Origin: an uncultured Clostridia bacterium
Lineage (GTDB): Bacteria; Bacillota; Clostridia; TANB77; CAG-508
Assembly: GCA_947630545.1 (NCBI GenBank)
Contig: CANRHX010000004.1
Span: 7,091-71,090, forward strand
Length of the DNA stretch: 64,000 nt
Direction of reading: 5' to 3'
Positions within the stretch are counted from its first letter, which is position 1; each line of letters begins with the position of its first letter. Positions 1 through 10,913 of the stretch are shown here, piece by piece. The translations under genes were made by a program, and so were the position numbers. The notes below the pieces were generated by a model. That model saw nothing but the letters and a program-made list of their open reading frames with translations. It was not told where the DNA came from and searched no databases.

Positions 1-260
1 TTAGCATATTCTTTTGAATAGTATCTATTAAAATATTCAATATTTTTTTCATTATCTTTTGCATAAACTTCTTTAACTTGAGATTGTTTCTTATCTTCAA
101 GTGTGACTATAAATTTATCATAGTTTTGTATATCTGATAAAAATTTATGCGCCCTAGAATTATTTACATCACCTTTTTGTAGGAACAATAATATTGTAAC
201 AATTACTCCTATAATTACTAATAAAATTACTATATTTCTTACTTTTAATAACTTTTTCAT
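1..260 (-). CDS. Hypothetical protein with N-terminal hydrophobic anchor (3' end outside the window)
   Basis: ATG at 260 after GGGGAAG; reads MKKLLKVRNIVILLVIIGVIVTILLFLQKG... and stays open to the window edge. Confidence 0.6.
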   Translation of the reverse strand, partial: MKKLLKVRNIVILLVIIGVIVTILLFLQKGDVNNSRAHKFLSDIQNYDKFIVTLEDKKQSQVKEVYAKDNEKNIEYFNRYYSKEYA

Positions 261-270
261 TTGCTTCCCC

Positions 271-1584
271 TTATTTTTCATATCCTGGCTTTTTTAAAAG
301 CTTAAACATATTTGTTTTATATTTTTCAACACCTGGTTGATTAAATGGATTTACTCCCAATATCATACCAGAAACAGCACAAGCTTTTTCAAAGAAATAT
401 ATCATTTCTCCGATACATTCTTCATTTAAAGTATCTATTTCTATTTTAATATTTGGAACATCCCCATCAACATGAGCTTTTATCGTTCCTTCCATTGCTT
501 TTTTATTAATGAAATCAAGATCTTTTCCAACTAAATAATTCAATCCATCTAAATTATCTTCATCTACATTAATTGTTACTTGAGAGTCTGTATTTTTTAC
601 GCTAATTACAGTTTCAAAAAGCTCTCTTCTTCCTTCTTGAATATATTGTCCCATTGAATGTAAATCAGTTGTAAGATCAACTCCAGCAGGAAAAATACCT
701 TTGTTTTCTTTTCCTTCACTTTCACCAAATAATTGCTTCCACCATTCCGTAAAATAGTGTAATTTTGGTTCATAATTTGCAAGTATTTCTATGTTTCTAT
801 TTGATTTATGTAAAATATTTCTTGCAACAGCATATCTATAACAATCATTATATTTTAAATCTGAATCATTGTATCTCTCTTGAGCAATTCTCGCACCTTC
901 CATTAGCTTATCAATATCAATTCCTGCTGTAGCAATTGGAAGTAATCCTACTGCAGTTAATACTGAATACCTACCACCTATGTTGTCTGGAATAACAAAT
1001 CTTTCATAACCTTCACTGTCAGAAAGTGTTTTTAAAGCACCTTTTTCTTTGTCAGTTGTTACATAAATTCTACTTCTAGCTTCTTCTATTCCATATTTAT
1101 TTTCTAATATTTCTCTAAAAACTCTAAATGCAATTCCTGGTTCAGTTGTTGTACCAGATTTAGATATTACATTTACTGAAAAATCTTTGTCACCTATATA
1201 GTGAATAAGGTCATTTAAATAATTTGGACTTAAATTATTCCCTGCATATAATATTTGTGGAAATTTTCTTTGTTTATTAGGTAATAAATTATAAAATGTA
1301 TTTGTTAAAGATTCTATAACTGCTCTTGCTCCTAAATATGATCCACCTATTCCAATTACTAATAATACATCTGATTCTTTTTTTATTTTTTTAGCAGCTT
1401 TTTTTATTCTATCAAATTCCTTCTTATCATAATTAGAAGGTAAATTTAGCCATCCTACGAAATCGTTTTCATCATCTACTCTTTCATGCAATTCCTCATG
1501 AATTTTTGCCACTTGTTTCTTATATTCTGCAATCTCTTTGTCAGAAATTCCAGCGTTTTTCAAATCAATATTGATATTTTTCAT
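271..1584 (-). CDS. pgi: Glucose-6-phosphate isomerase
   Basis: [33 protein letters not shown] and NPFNQPGVE motifs. Confidence 0.97.
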   Translation of the reverse strand: MKNINIDLKNAGISDKEIAEYKKQVAKIHEELHERVDDENDFVGWLNLPSNYDKKEFDRIKKAAKKIKKESDVLLVIGIGGSYLGARAVIESLTNTFYNLLPNKQRKFPQILYAGNNLSPNYLNDLIHYIGDKDFSVNVISKSGTTTEPGIAFRVFREILENKYGIEEARSRIYVTTDKEKGALKTLSDSEGYERFVIPDNIGGRYSVLTAVGLLPIATAGIDIDKLMEGARIAQERYNDSDLKYNDCYRYAVARNILHKSNRNIEILANYEPKLHYFTEWWKQLFGESEGKENKGIFPAGVDLTTDLHSMGQYIQEGRRELFETVISVKNTDSQVTINVDEDNLDGLNYLVGKDLDFINKKAMEGTIKAHVDGDVPNIKIEIDTLNEECIGEMIYFFEKACAVSGMILGVNPFNQPGVEKYKTNMFKLLKKPGYEK

Positions 1585-1617
1585 AACAAAACCTCTTTTC
1601 TATAGATTTATATAAGT

Positions 1618-1646
1618 ATTATATACAAAAGAAAAATTTGTGTCAA
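1618..1646 (-). promoter_or_regulatory. Sigma-A promoter of pgi; its -35 box lies inside the terminal repeat unit
   Basis: Minus strand TTGACA (1646-1641), 17 bp, TATAAT (1623-1618). Confidence 0.7.
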
Positions 1647-1730
1647 TGGTTCCGGGTTCGATTGACACATTTTGTGTCATCGGTTCCGGGTTTGGTTGAC
1701 ACATTTTGTGTCATTGGTTCCAGGTTTGGC
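1639..1730. repeat. Palindromic repeat family, tandem triplet with 34-bp period (third unit truncated)
   Basis: GTGTCA-wtggttccgggttyg-nt-TGACACatttt units start at 1640, 1674 and 1708. Confidence 0.95.
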
Positions 1731-1813
1731 TTATAAAAAAGGTTTTTATAAAATATTGCCTTTTATATTTATTATGTATATAATTAAATTAGTTTCTATT
1801 GGAGGAAAAATTA

Positions 1814-2230
1814 ATGAAAGAAAAAAATAAAGAACATAAAGAAAACTTAGAAGAATTATTAATTAGGTTAAGAGAAGAAAAAAATTTATCACGTGTAGAA
1901 GTTCTTTCACTTTTAAAAGATAAAACATTAACAGAAAAAGATATAAAAAAATGGGAAGTGGGTTTAAAATATCCTGATTTAGATACTATGTATGAATTAT
2001 CTGATATATATCAAGTATCTGTCGATGATTTACTTAAGGCTAGAAGTGTCGGATGCGAAGAACAAGGAATAATATCTCCTCGAATGATAAAATGGATTTG
2101 CTATTTTTTAAATGTATCAATGCGTATAGCAGCTGTACTTACTATATTAATATATATATTTGCAATATTTTTTGCTTTTTTTGTATTAAAAATAGGATTG
2201 CTTTCAACAAAGGAAAAGATAGTTCCTTAA
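1814..2230 (+). CDS. XRE-family HTH protein with C-terminal transmembrane segment
   Basis: GGAGG RBS before ATG 1814; LREEKNLS...IKKWEVGLKYPD...LSDIYQVSVDDLL; hydrophobic tail. Confidence 0.8.
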   Translation: MKEKNKEHKENLEELLIRLREEKNLSRVEVLSLLKDKTLTEKDIKKWEVGLKYPDLDTMYELSDIYQVSVDDLLKARSVGCEEQGIISPRMIKWICYFLNVSMRIAAVLTILIYIFAIFFAFFVLKIGLLSTKEKIVP

Positions 2231-3354
2231 AAACTATCTTTTTCATATTCTATTATAATTTCTTCTCCTTTATTTGTAAAAATATGCACCTTTAAATTAT
2301 CAGTTGCATCAAATTTAGTTAGGTTAAACGTTTGATGATAATTCACCACTTTATTATATTCTTGAGGAATAGAATACCCTCCATCTCCATCACTTCTTCC
2401 AGAAGGTTCAAATCTTTTTCCATCTGATGTCTCAACATATTCTTTTCCAAGTGCAATCATGTCTGAAATATTTTTAGGTGGTCTAGCGTGAAGTAATTCA
2501 TAGTCAATTTTATCTGTTGTTGTTTCAGAAATACTTATTTTTAATGCTGTATTTGATAAAATAGCATTATCGACCTTTGTATTTTCATCACTACAAGATT
2601 TTACTTTATAAACAACAATTTCTCTATTATACATTTCTTTTGGAACATCTAATTCAAATTTCCAATTTCCTGTGTATATAGTATTAGTTGGATTTGATTC
2701 AAAATGTGACTCAATCTGAATTTTTGAAAATGTCACATACAATTTTTTTGATTTTGGAAAGGTTTGCTTTTCTCCATTATATGCCGTTAAATGTAATGTC
2801 ATTTCATGCTCTTCTGTAACATCTGCATACATGCCATATCCTCCCCAAAATAATGGATGATAGTTTGGTGTTCCTGCCTTATCATTTTGTTCTGCAATGT
2901 TTTTTTCAGCTTCTCTTGTAAGAAATACTATGTCACCATTTTCATCTACAACTTTCATATCGTAAAGTTGCATTGACTGCATCTGTTTAGCATCATATTT
3001 ATCACTTAATTTAACATTAAAATTCATATCAAAATTATAATCATCAATTAAAAATGATTCTACTGCTAGTTCTATTCCATCTGATTCTATGTATGTAGGC
3101 TCAACTTCTTGAACATATCCGTTTTCTACTGCCTTTTGTACTCCATCACTTGCATTTCCACCAAATATGTTATTAAAAATATTTCCAATATCTTTTGCAA
3201 ATACTATTCCTGTTGTCGCAATAAGTAAGCAAGCCGCAATGCCTAAACCTTTGCTAATTTTCTTTTTATTTTTATTCATAACTATTTTCTCCTTTTCTTT
3301 CATTTGAGATATAGCTATGTTAAATTTCAATTTTTCTTTTAAATCTTCATTCAT
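2227..3354 (-). CDS. Putative anti-sigma factor (DUF4179-like, one TM plus extracellular domain)
   Basis: Translationally coupled to the ECF sigma gene (TAATG overlap); TM segment GLGIAACLLIATTGIVFA. Confidence 0.7.
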   Translation of the reverse strand: MNEDLKEKLKFNIAISQMKEKEKIVMNKNKKKISKGLGIAACLLIATTGIVFAKDIGNIFNNIFGGNASDGVQKAVENGYVQEVEPTYIESDGIELAVESFLIDDYNFDMNFNVKLSDKYDAKQMQSMQLYDMKVVDENGDIVFLTREAEKNIAEQNDKAGTPNYHPLFWGGYGMYADVTEEHEMTLHLTAYNGEKQTFPKSKKLYVTFSKIQIESHFESNPTNTIYTGNWKFELDVPKEMYNREIVVYKVKSCSDENTKVDNAILSNTALKISISETTTDKIDYELLHARPPKNISDMIALGKEYVETSDGKRFEPSGRSDGDGGYSIPQEYNKVVNYHQTFNLTKFDATDNLKVHIFTNKGEEIIIEYEKDSF

Positions 3355-3893
3355 TAAAAATTATCTCCTTTACTTAATTGTTTTTGCAATTTTTTTCGTA
3401 TTCTATGTAGCCTCGTTTTTACGTTCATTGGTGAGATATTAAGTTCTTCAGCTATATCTTTTATTGATTTAGAATAATAGTAGAATAAATTTATTATTTT
3501 TATATCAATATTTTTTAGATTTTTAAAGCTAGATTTTAATTTTAAAATATCTTCTCGTTCTTCATTGTATATTTCATAAGATGCTATTTCTATAACATTT
3601 TCAAGGTTGCTTATATTAATAGTATGATGTAATTTTTTAAATTTTTCTTTTATTAAATTTCTTGTTATTCCTGCAATGTATGAATCTAATGAATATATAT
3701 TGCTTTTATCATTGAATTTTTTCCACAATATAAAGAATGTATCTAATAATATTTCTTCTTTATCTTCGGAATTCAAATTGTTCCCAACGGCGTTGTTTAT
3801 TATTGTTTTAATATATGGGGTAAAATCATCTACTATTTTATCTAAATCTAATTTTTTGTTTATTATATAATCTTCTATTTTTTTCTTATCCAA
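3354..3893 (-). CDS. ECF sigma-70 factor
   Basis: Region 2 DKEEILLDTFFILWK; region 4 SIKDIAEELNISPMNVKTRLHRIRKKL. Confidence 0.9.
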   Translation of the reverse strand: MDKKKIEDYIINKKLDLDKIVDDFTPYIKTIINNAVGNNLNSEDKEEILLDTFFILWKKFNDKSNIYSLDSYIAGITRNLIKEKFKKLHHTINISNLENVIEIASYEIYNEEREDILKLKSSFKNLKNIDIKIINLFYYYSKSIKDIAEELNISPMNVKTRLHRIRKKLQKQLSKGDNF

Positions 3894-3929
3894 TTTTATT
3901 ACTCCTTTTATAAGATATCTTACATCTTT

Positions 3930-3958
3930 ATAATGGCAATTTTTTTGAAAAGGTTACA
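3930..3958 (-). promoter_or_regulatory. Putative ECF-type autoregulatory promoter
   Basis: Minus strand TGTAAC...CCATTA upstream of the ECF gene; AAC-containing -35 is typical of ECF promoters. Confidence 0.45.
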
Positions 3959-3975
3959 CTTTTTTTCTTCTTGCC

Positions 3976-4018
3976 AAAAATTAAGAGAAGTGTATCAAAA
4001 TGATACCTTCTCTTGATT
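3976..4018 (-). terminator. Rho-independent terminator of the repeat RNA
   Basis: Inverted repeat aagagaag-gtatca / tgatac-cttctctt followed by a U-tract on the minus strand. Confidence 0.75.
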
Positions 4019-4102
4019 TTAACTTTCTCAATTATAAGGTCGTGAAACACCCGATTTATAACTTTCTCATTTTAATGGCTGTGAAACACCACGATTTTAT
4101 CT
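3976..4102 (-). ncRNA. ToxI-like (type III antitoxin-like) repeat RNA: two 39-41 nt pseudoknot units plus terminator, no toxin gene
   Basis: Own promoter; repeats at 4060-4100 and 4021-4059 with a covarying 4-bp stem, 8-nt loop and loop-tail pairing UUUCA/UGAGA; terminator 3976-4018. Confidence 0.6.
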
Positions 4103-4108
4103 ACATTT

Positions 4109-4137
4109 ATTATACAATTTTTTCATAACTAAGTCAA
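4109..4137 (-). promoter_or_regulatory. Sigma-A promoter of the repeat RNA
   Basis: TTGACT (4137-4132), 17 bp, TATAAT (4114-4109). Confidence 0.7.
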
Positions 4138-4238
4138 GCCATATTAATATAATAAATGTATACTGTATTTTATGCAAATTTCTAATTTTTATGTGTCAAT
4201 CAAACTTATAATTTTTTACAGTTTCTAAGGCTATATAT

Positions 4239-4697
4239 TTAATAAATTATTCCAGCATCTCTTTGATATCTTATCATTGTTTTAATGCATTCATCTCTAT
4301 CTATTTGTTTAAGGTGAATCATATTATTATTCCCCTTTATAAATTCATAAATATCATTATCTCTAAAACCTATATTTGCGGCATCATTTTTTGTACAGCC
4401 AAAATACACTTCCTCAATATTAGCCCAAATTATTGCAGATAAGCACATAGGACATGGTTCACAAGAAGTATATAAAACGCATCCTGATAGATCATTAGTA
4501 TTTAATACTTTGCATGCTTCACGAATTGCTACTATTTCTGCATGAGCTGTTGGGTCTTTGTCTTTTAGAACTTTATTATTTCCATTTGCAATAATATTAC
4601 CATCTTTATCAACTATTATTGCTCCAAATGGGCCTCCTTCTTTATTAGCTATTCCTTTATCTGCATTTTCTTTTGCCCTTTTCATATATTCATTCAT
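4239..4697 (-). CDS. guaD: Guanine deaminase (cytidine-deaminase fold, B. subtilis GuaD type)
   Basis: GGPFGA, DPTAHAE, SCEPCPMC and AANIGF motifs. Confidence 0.8.
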   Translation of the reverse strand: MNEYMKRAKENADKGIANKEGGPFGAIIVDKDGNIIANGNNKVLKDKDPTAHAEIVAIREACKVLNTNDLSGCVLYTSCEPCPMCLSAIIWANIEEVYFGCTKNDAANIGFRDNDIYEFIKGNNNMIHLKQIDRDECIKTMIRYQRDAGIIY

Positions 4698-4720
4698 AAT
4701 TTTATTGCCTCCATTTGAAT

Positions 4721-4855
4721 TGTGTTAGTGGTTCGGGTTTGACTGATTTGTGTCATTGGTTCCGGGTTTGATTGACACATTTTTCAAAGAAAAAGTGTGT
4801 CAATCAAACCCGGAACCAATGACACAAATCAGTCAAACCCGGAACCAATGACACA
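4721..4855. repeat. Palindromic repeat family, long hairpin form
   Basis: Perfect 46-bp arms 4734-4779 and 4796-4841 around the 16-nt spacer tttttcaaagaaaaag. Confidence 0.95.
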
Positions 4856-4859
4856 AAAT

Positions 4860-6048
4860 TTATTTCATAACTTCATCTAATACTTTACTCAAGTATTTCA
4901 TACTAGTTAAACATTGTTCCATCGTATTTCCTGTTGCACCAACTTCAATAATATTAGCATACTTTCCGCTGTGTTGATTATATCGATATTTTGTAAGCAT
5001 AATAGGCTTAAACAAACCTGGATACATTTCTTCTGCCTTTTGCTGAACCTTTATTGCGAATTTCAAATTTTGATTCCAATTAGGGTGCCAAAGCCCGCCT
5101 TCATCTGAACCAATAACAAACATAATTTGTGCTGCAACATCAGTATCTCCAATTTTAACAATAGGTGCATAGTCACTTCTACTACCAATTGCGTCTCTAT
5201 GTATATCAAAAATTATATCAGAAGGATTTTTCTTTAAAATATTTTGAACAGTTTTTAAAGAATGGGTATATGAACCATTATATGATGGATAATCATGATA
5301 TGATTTGTCATGTATTACATTATATCCATATTTTTTTAAATGATTAGCTAATTCATCTCCTACTCTAACAACAGAAAAGTTTAAATCTGTAGTTCTAAAT
5401 GTTCCAGTTGGCTTGTATTTAAATTTTTCACTTGATGTATAACTTTCACATGTATGTGTATGGAACAATATAATATTTTTGTTATCAATTTTTATATTCG
5501 GATTAAGCATTTCTTGAGTTAGCTTATGTGAAGTTTCGTTTTTAATTTTCACTTTTCCATATTCAGCATTATAGTTTGATGAAAGAGGATTTTTTGTTAT
5601 AACTTCTGTCTTTAATCCGAGTTTTAGCAAGTTCTAATTCAGATGATTGATTGTTAGAATTATCTTCTGTATTGGATTCATCTGCATTTTTATTGTCATT
5701 TTCTTGTTGTTTTTCATTTGAAGTATTTTCATCATCGTATATTCCTGTAAAATCTTCTACTGCACCTATTTGGCTTTTTAGTATATCTTCAAAAAGGTTA
5801 GACTCATAAGCTTTTATTTCTGTTTCTTCAGGATGATTTGTTTCTTTTATAATACCACTGGCAACATCTATACAGCCTGTTAGATCATAATTTAAACTCC
5901 AACTTTTTGCGTTGGTCTCTTCATTTGACTTTCCTTGTTTATTGTTAAAAAGCGTTTTTGTGATTATGAATATTATTAGTATTGCCATTATTAACTCTAT
6001 AAAGTATTTTATTAAATCTGTTATTTTAAAAACTTTAATCTTAAACAT
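4860..6048 (-). CDS. spoIIP: Stage II sporulation protein P, split by a +1 shift at in-frame CGG 5619-5617 (joined about 395 aa)
   Basis: 5' ORF has the TM anchor; 3' ORF has FHTHTCESY, FDIHRDA, RYNQH and IIEVG motifs; ACT-[C]-GGA joins them. Confidence 0.85.
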
Positions 6049-6117
6049 ATTTCTTCTCCTTGTATCTTAAGTGCTATATATATGTATATTCAACAAAAAG
6101 TGAAATATGATTAAAAG

Positions 6118-6182
6118 TGTGTCAACCAAACCCGGAACCAATGACACAAAATGTGTCATTGGTTCCGGGTTTGATTGACACA
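6118..6182. repeat. Palindromic repeat family, inverted doublet
   Basis: tgtgtcaaccaaacccggaaccaatgacaca-aaa-tgtgtcattggttccgggtttgattgacaca. Confidence 0.95.
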
Positions 6183-6272
6183 GAGAAGAAACAGAAAACC
6201 TTAGAAAATTAACTTCCCAAAAAAGATTAATGGCTTTCAGTTAATATAATAACATTTAGGGCTTTACATATA

Positions 6273-7289
<1,017 letters not shown>

Positions 7290-7294
<5 letters not shown>

Positions 7295-7425
7295 AATATA
7301 CCTCCCTTATTTACATAACTTTGAATTTCATGTTCAAATAATGTTTTAGGCTCATATCCTATCAATTTATTATCTTTAGATATATCTGCAAATGTTTTAA
7401 TAATCTCCTTGTTACATTGGCAATC
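7290..7425 (-). pseudogene. C-terminal remnant of a nucleotide-sugar epimerase (CapI/UDP-glucuronate 4-epimerase-like)
   Basis: Broken reading PM*QGD / IKTFADISKDNKLIGYEPKTLFEHEIQ resembles the PMQPGDV..TYADISKA..LLGY.PKT motif. Confidence 0.6.
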
Positions 7426-7547
7426 ACAAGCTTAACTATAAACGTTTCAAATTATCTAAATAGTGTATAATTATAAGCAACTTTTTTAAATCATCATTTA
7501 CAGATTTAGTACTTTACATTAAAGTAAATCTATATCAAACTAAATTT

Positions 7548-8957
7548 CTAATTTTTTTTAGATATTTTAAATTTTATTTTTTCCCACAATAATAATATTT
7601 TATTTTTATATAAATATAGTAATATTATAAGGATTACTACTTCTAATAAAATAAATTTATTTCCAAAATATGCAATAATAGTTTGTATAAATAAAAGTAA
7701 ATAGGATATAAATATAATACTTATGTTTTCTTTGTATTTTATATATTTTTGAGCTTTAAAGCATTTAAATAACATAACTACAAAAAATGAAATCATAGTT
7801 GCAATAGCAGCTCCATATGCTCCTATATATTTGATAAGTATAAAATCTAATATTATATTGACAGCAGCACCAATTATTGATGATTTACCAATTTCTTTTG
7901 TATTATTGGTAGCTAACAAAATACTCTCAAAATATAATGATATTATATTAAATATAACTGACATAAGTAATGGCGGTACATATTTCCATGCATAAAAAAA
8001 TTCTCCTGAAAACAATATTTTAGAAATAAATATATTTGTAATCATAAGTATCGATGATGAAATTGTTAAAACCATATTCATCAAAATTAAAGTATTACTA
8101 AAAAATCCATCCTTATCATCAGGATCATATTCTTTAATTGCTGATATTGACCATGCACTGTTAAAAATAGATTGAAATATCGCTAACATATTAGGTATTT
8201 TCGATGCAATTGAATAAATCCCCATTACTGAAACAGAAACCATTAGTGATAAGAAATATTTATCAATTGAATTATTTATCCACCAACCTATAGCACTTAA
8301 AATCATTGGTAAACTAAATTTAATCATTTCTTTAGTAAGTTTTCTATTTTTTTCTTTAGTCCAATACAAATATAGCTTTGCAAATATAAACATAATAATA
8401 ATAGAAATTAATAATCCCAATATATTTGCTAACAAATATCCTGTTACACCCATCTTTAAAAAAATTACAAAAAATATATTCATTGTAACCACAACTAGAG
8501 AGTTTGCAAGACTAGCATATATTATAATGTTTATTTTTTCGATTCCTTTACAAAAATACGTAAATAGAGAATGTATTGCTGATACAGTATAATATATAAT
8601 CAAATAAACAAAAAAATAAGATGGCAAGTTTATTATATTTAGCATACTTGCAATAAATATGAATAAAGATACTAATAAAATCCCGCTCAAATAAATTTTA
8701 GAAGCTATAGTAAATATATTTTTTTTATCATTAGAATTATCTAATGAATATTTCATGACTGCGTCTTGTAAATTCAAAGTGAAAATTGGTAGTAATAATG
8801 CTGATGTAGAAATTATTAAGTCAGAATAACCATAATCGTTTGTTGTTAAATATTTAGTATATATTGGAATCATAATAAAAGAAAGTATCTTAGGAACTAA
8901 ATTACTAATTGCAAATAATATCATGTTTTTAATAAATTCTATATTTTTTTTCTTCAC
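7548..8957 (-). CDS. wzx: Wzx oligosaccharide flippase
   Basis: 469 aa polytopic membrane protein with typical flippase N-terminus; lies in the GT cluster. Confidence 0.85.
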   Translation of the reverse strand: MKKKNIEFIKNMILFAISNLVPKILSFIMIPIYTKYLTTNDYGYSDLIISTSALLLPIFTLNLQDAVMKYSLDNSNDKKNIFTIASKIYLSGILLVSLFIFIASMLNIINLPSYFFVYLIIYYTVSAIHSLFTYFCKGIEKINIIIYASLANSLVVVTMNIFFVIFLKMGVTGYLLANILGLLISIIIMFIFAKLYLYWTKEKNRKLTKEMIKFSLPMILSAIGWWINNSIDKYFLSLMVSVSVMGIYSIASKIPNMLAIFQSIFNSAWSISAIKEYDPDDKDGFFSNTLILMNMVLTISSSILMITNIFISKILFSGEFFYAWKYVPPLLMSVIFNIISLYFESILLATNNTKEIGKSSIIGAAVNIILDFILIKYIGAYGAAIATMISFFVVMLFKCFKAQKYIKYKENISIIFISYLLLFIQTIIAYFGNKFILLEVVILIILLYLYKNKILLLWEKIKFKISKKN

Positions 8958-8979
8958 TTAATTATTCTCCTTTATTTCT

Positions 8980-9759
8980 TTACTTATTCATGTAATTTTT
9001 TTTCAACATAAGTTGTGGGTGCATAATATACCATATTATTTTAGCTATAATTTTACCCTTTTTTTCACCATATCTTTTTTTGTATTTTCTATAAATCTCA
9101 TCCTTTTGTTTATCTAATTCACTAAACCAAGAACAACTAAAATGATGTATTGCATATGTATTATCTGTCATATTAAAATTTCCTGTATTAAAATCAATTG
9201 GACAAAAATAATCTTTTGGTAAAAAAGCTATATCATCAATAACTTCAAATTTAGACTTGTCCATTACTTTATCAAAAATATTTTGTACAGATTTAGTGTT
9301 TCTAACAGGACATGACGTTAAATCATATTTTCCATTATCTAGTTTAAAGTGAATATTATTATATTCATCAAGCATTTTTTTTACGTATTTATTATTTTTT
9401 TTTGCTCCAAATCCCAAACCAGTAGCAATATATCCAGATGTTTCTATAGCAAAAAATCCTGAATATTTTAGAAAAGTATCAATATTTTTTATTACTTCTA
9501 CATCAGTATCAAAATAAACTCCACCATAATTATATATAATAAATAATCGTGCATAATCAGTAACAAAAGCCCATTTTTTGGCTTGATATGCTTCCTTTAC
9601 ATAATCATTTATATTAATATCAAAATTGCTTTCATTCCATTCTATAATTTCATAATCTGGACAATATTTTTTCCAACTATTTATAAATTTTTTTGCATCA
9701 TCGGGAAGAGGATTACCTCCAAACCAACAATAATGAATTTTTTTAGGTATTTGATCCAT
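8980..9759 (-). CDS. Glycosyltransferase family 32 (DXD)
   Basis: IPKKIHYCWFGG, WAFVTDYAR and GGVYFDTDVE motifs. Confidence 0.9.
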   Translation of the reverse strand: MDQIPKKIHYCWFGGNPLPDDAKKFINSWKKYCPDYEIIEWNESNFDININDYVKEAYQAKKWAFVTDYARLFIIYNYGGVYFDTDVEVIKNIDTFLKYSGFFAIETSGYIATGLGFGAKKNNKYVKKMLDEYNNIHFKLDNGKYDLTSCPVRNTKSVQNIFDKVMDKSKFEVIDDIAFLPKDYFCPIDFNTGNFNMTDNTYAIHHFSCSWFSELDKQKDEIYRKYKKRYGEKKGKIIAKIIWYIMHPQLMLKKNYMNK

Positions 9760-9797
9760 AATTTTCTCCTTTTAATTTATTAATACATTTAATATAC

Positions 9798-10865
9798 TTA
9801 TAATACATCAAATATCCACCTAAATGGTAATAACGTACTTCCGCCACCACCAAATCTCATAATAATAACATATATTAAAAATAAGATACAAATTAATGTT
9901 GTTATACATAATCTATCTTTTGGTTTTTTAATCTTACTAATAGTTAAAGGAATTAGTATAATTTGTGAAATTCCAAATCCCCAACCTAATCGAGTTAATA
10001 GTGGTACTAAATCTTGAATAGAAGTAATTAATAATTGAATAAACATTAAATTACAATATAATTGATATTCTTTTACTTCTAATTCATCTTTTTTTTCTTT
10101 ATCTTTATTATAAAACATCATTGCAAATAAAAATATAAACAATGGAATAATAAAAGTAACTATTCCGAAATGATTATTATCAAATGTACCATCAATATAT
10201 GATACATAATTTGTCATAGTTATAACTTTGTATAAAATATTTTTTAAAAATGGTCTAGAAATTAATGTAGCCAAAAACAATGTAAAAAACATTTTAGGAG
10301 TAATTTTTATATTATATAGCCAATATATTGGAATAAAAATTAAGCTTGAAGAATGAAGTGATGCTCCAATTAAATTTAGAATAATATAATGCAATAACTT
10401 CCTTTGTTTTATATACTTTATGGAATATAAAAAAATTGCAACTGCCATCATTTGTCTCATTCCGCTAAAAAATTCAAAATAATATGGTGCACAAATGAAT
10501 AAGAATATACTTAAAGTTGGATTTATAGATTGTTCATATATTGCTTTGAAAATAAAATAAAAAAATATTACTGAACAGACAACAAATAGTGCAACATAAT
10601 TTGTGGTAAAGTTCCTAATAATTCTTATTAGTAAATCAAAACCATATTCCATATATTGGATATGTGATGAGTTATTAAAATAATCTGCATATGAAAAATA
10701 ATCATTTCCTACTCCATATCTGAAAGCCGCAACTGCAAATAAAGGTAGTGCTGACAAAATAGAAAACATTATTTTTGTACATTTATTTTTCATAGTTTTC
10801 CTTTTGTTAAAGGCAAATATAGAAAAAAATAATGACAGTGCAAAATTTGTTATATATACTGACAT
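9798..10865 (-). CDS. EpsG-family Wzy-like polymerase
   Basis: FRYGVGNDY, EYGF, MRQMMA and HSSSLI motifs; multiple TM segments. Confidence 0.85.
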   Translation of the reverse strand: MSVYITNFALSLFFSIFAFNKRKTMKNKCTKIMFSILSALPLFAVAAFRYGVGNDYFSYADYFNNSSHIQYMEYGFDLLIRIIRNFTTNYVALFVVCSVIFFYFIFKAIYEQSINPTLSIFLFICAPYYFEFFSGMRQMMAVAIFLYSIKYIKQRKLLHYIILNLIGASLHSSSLIFIPIYWLYNIKITPKMFFTLFLATLISRPFLKNILYKVITMTNYVSYIDGTFDNNHFGIVTFIIPLFIFLFAMMFYNKDKEKKDELEVKEYQLYCNLMFIQLLITSIQDLVPLLTRLGWGFGISQIILIPLTISKIKKPKDRLCITTLICILFLIYVIIMRFGGGGSTLLPFRWIFDVL

Positions 10866-10913
10866 ATTATACCACCTTGTATAACATATTTAGGTTTTTA
10901 AATACGGCTTTAC

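Noticed and set aside
1640..1673. 34-bp unit as a loxP/FRT-like recombination site
   Set aside because: Only the length matches; the arms are 7-9 bp with a 13-17 bp core rather than 13-8-13, and no recombinase is nearby
4021..4100. Purine or preQ1 riboswitch linked to guaD
   Set aside because: It lies downstream of guaD with its own promoter and lacks the aptamer consensus; the repeat pseudoknot fits ToxI better
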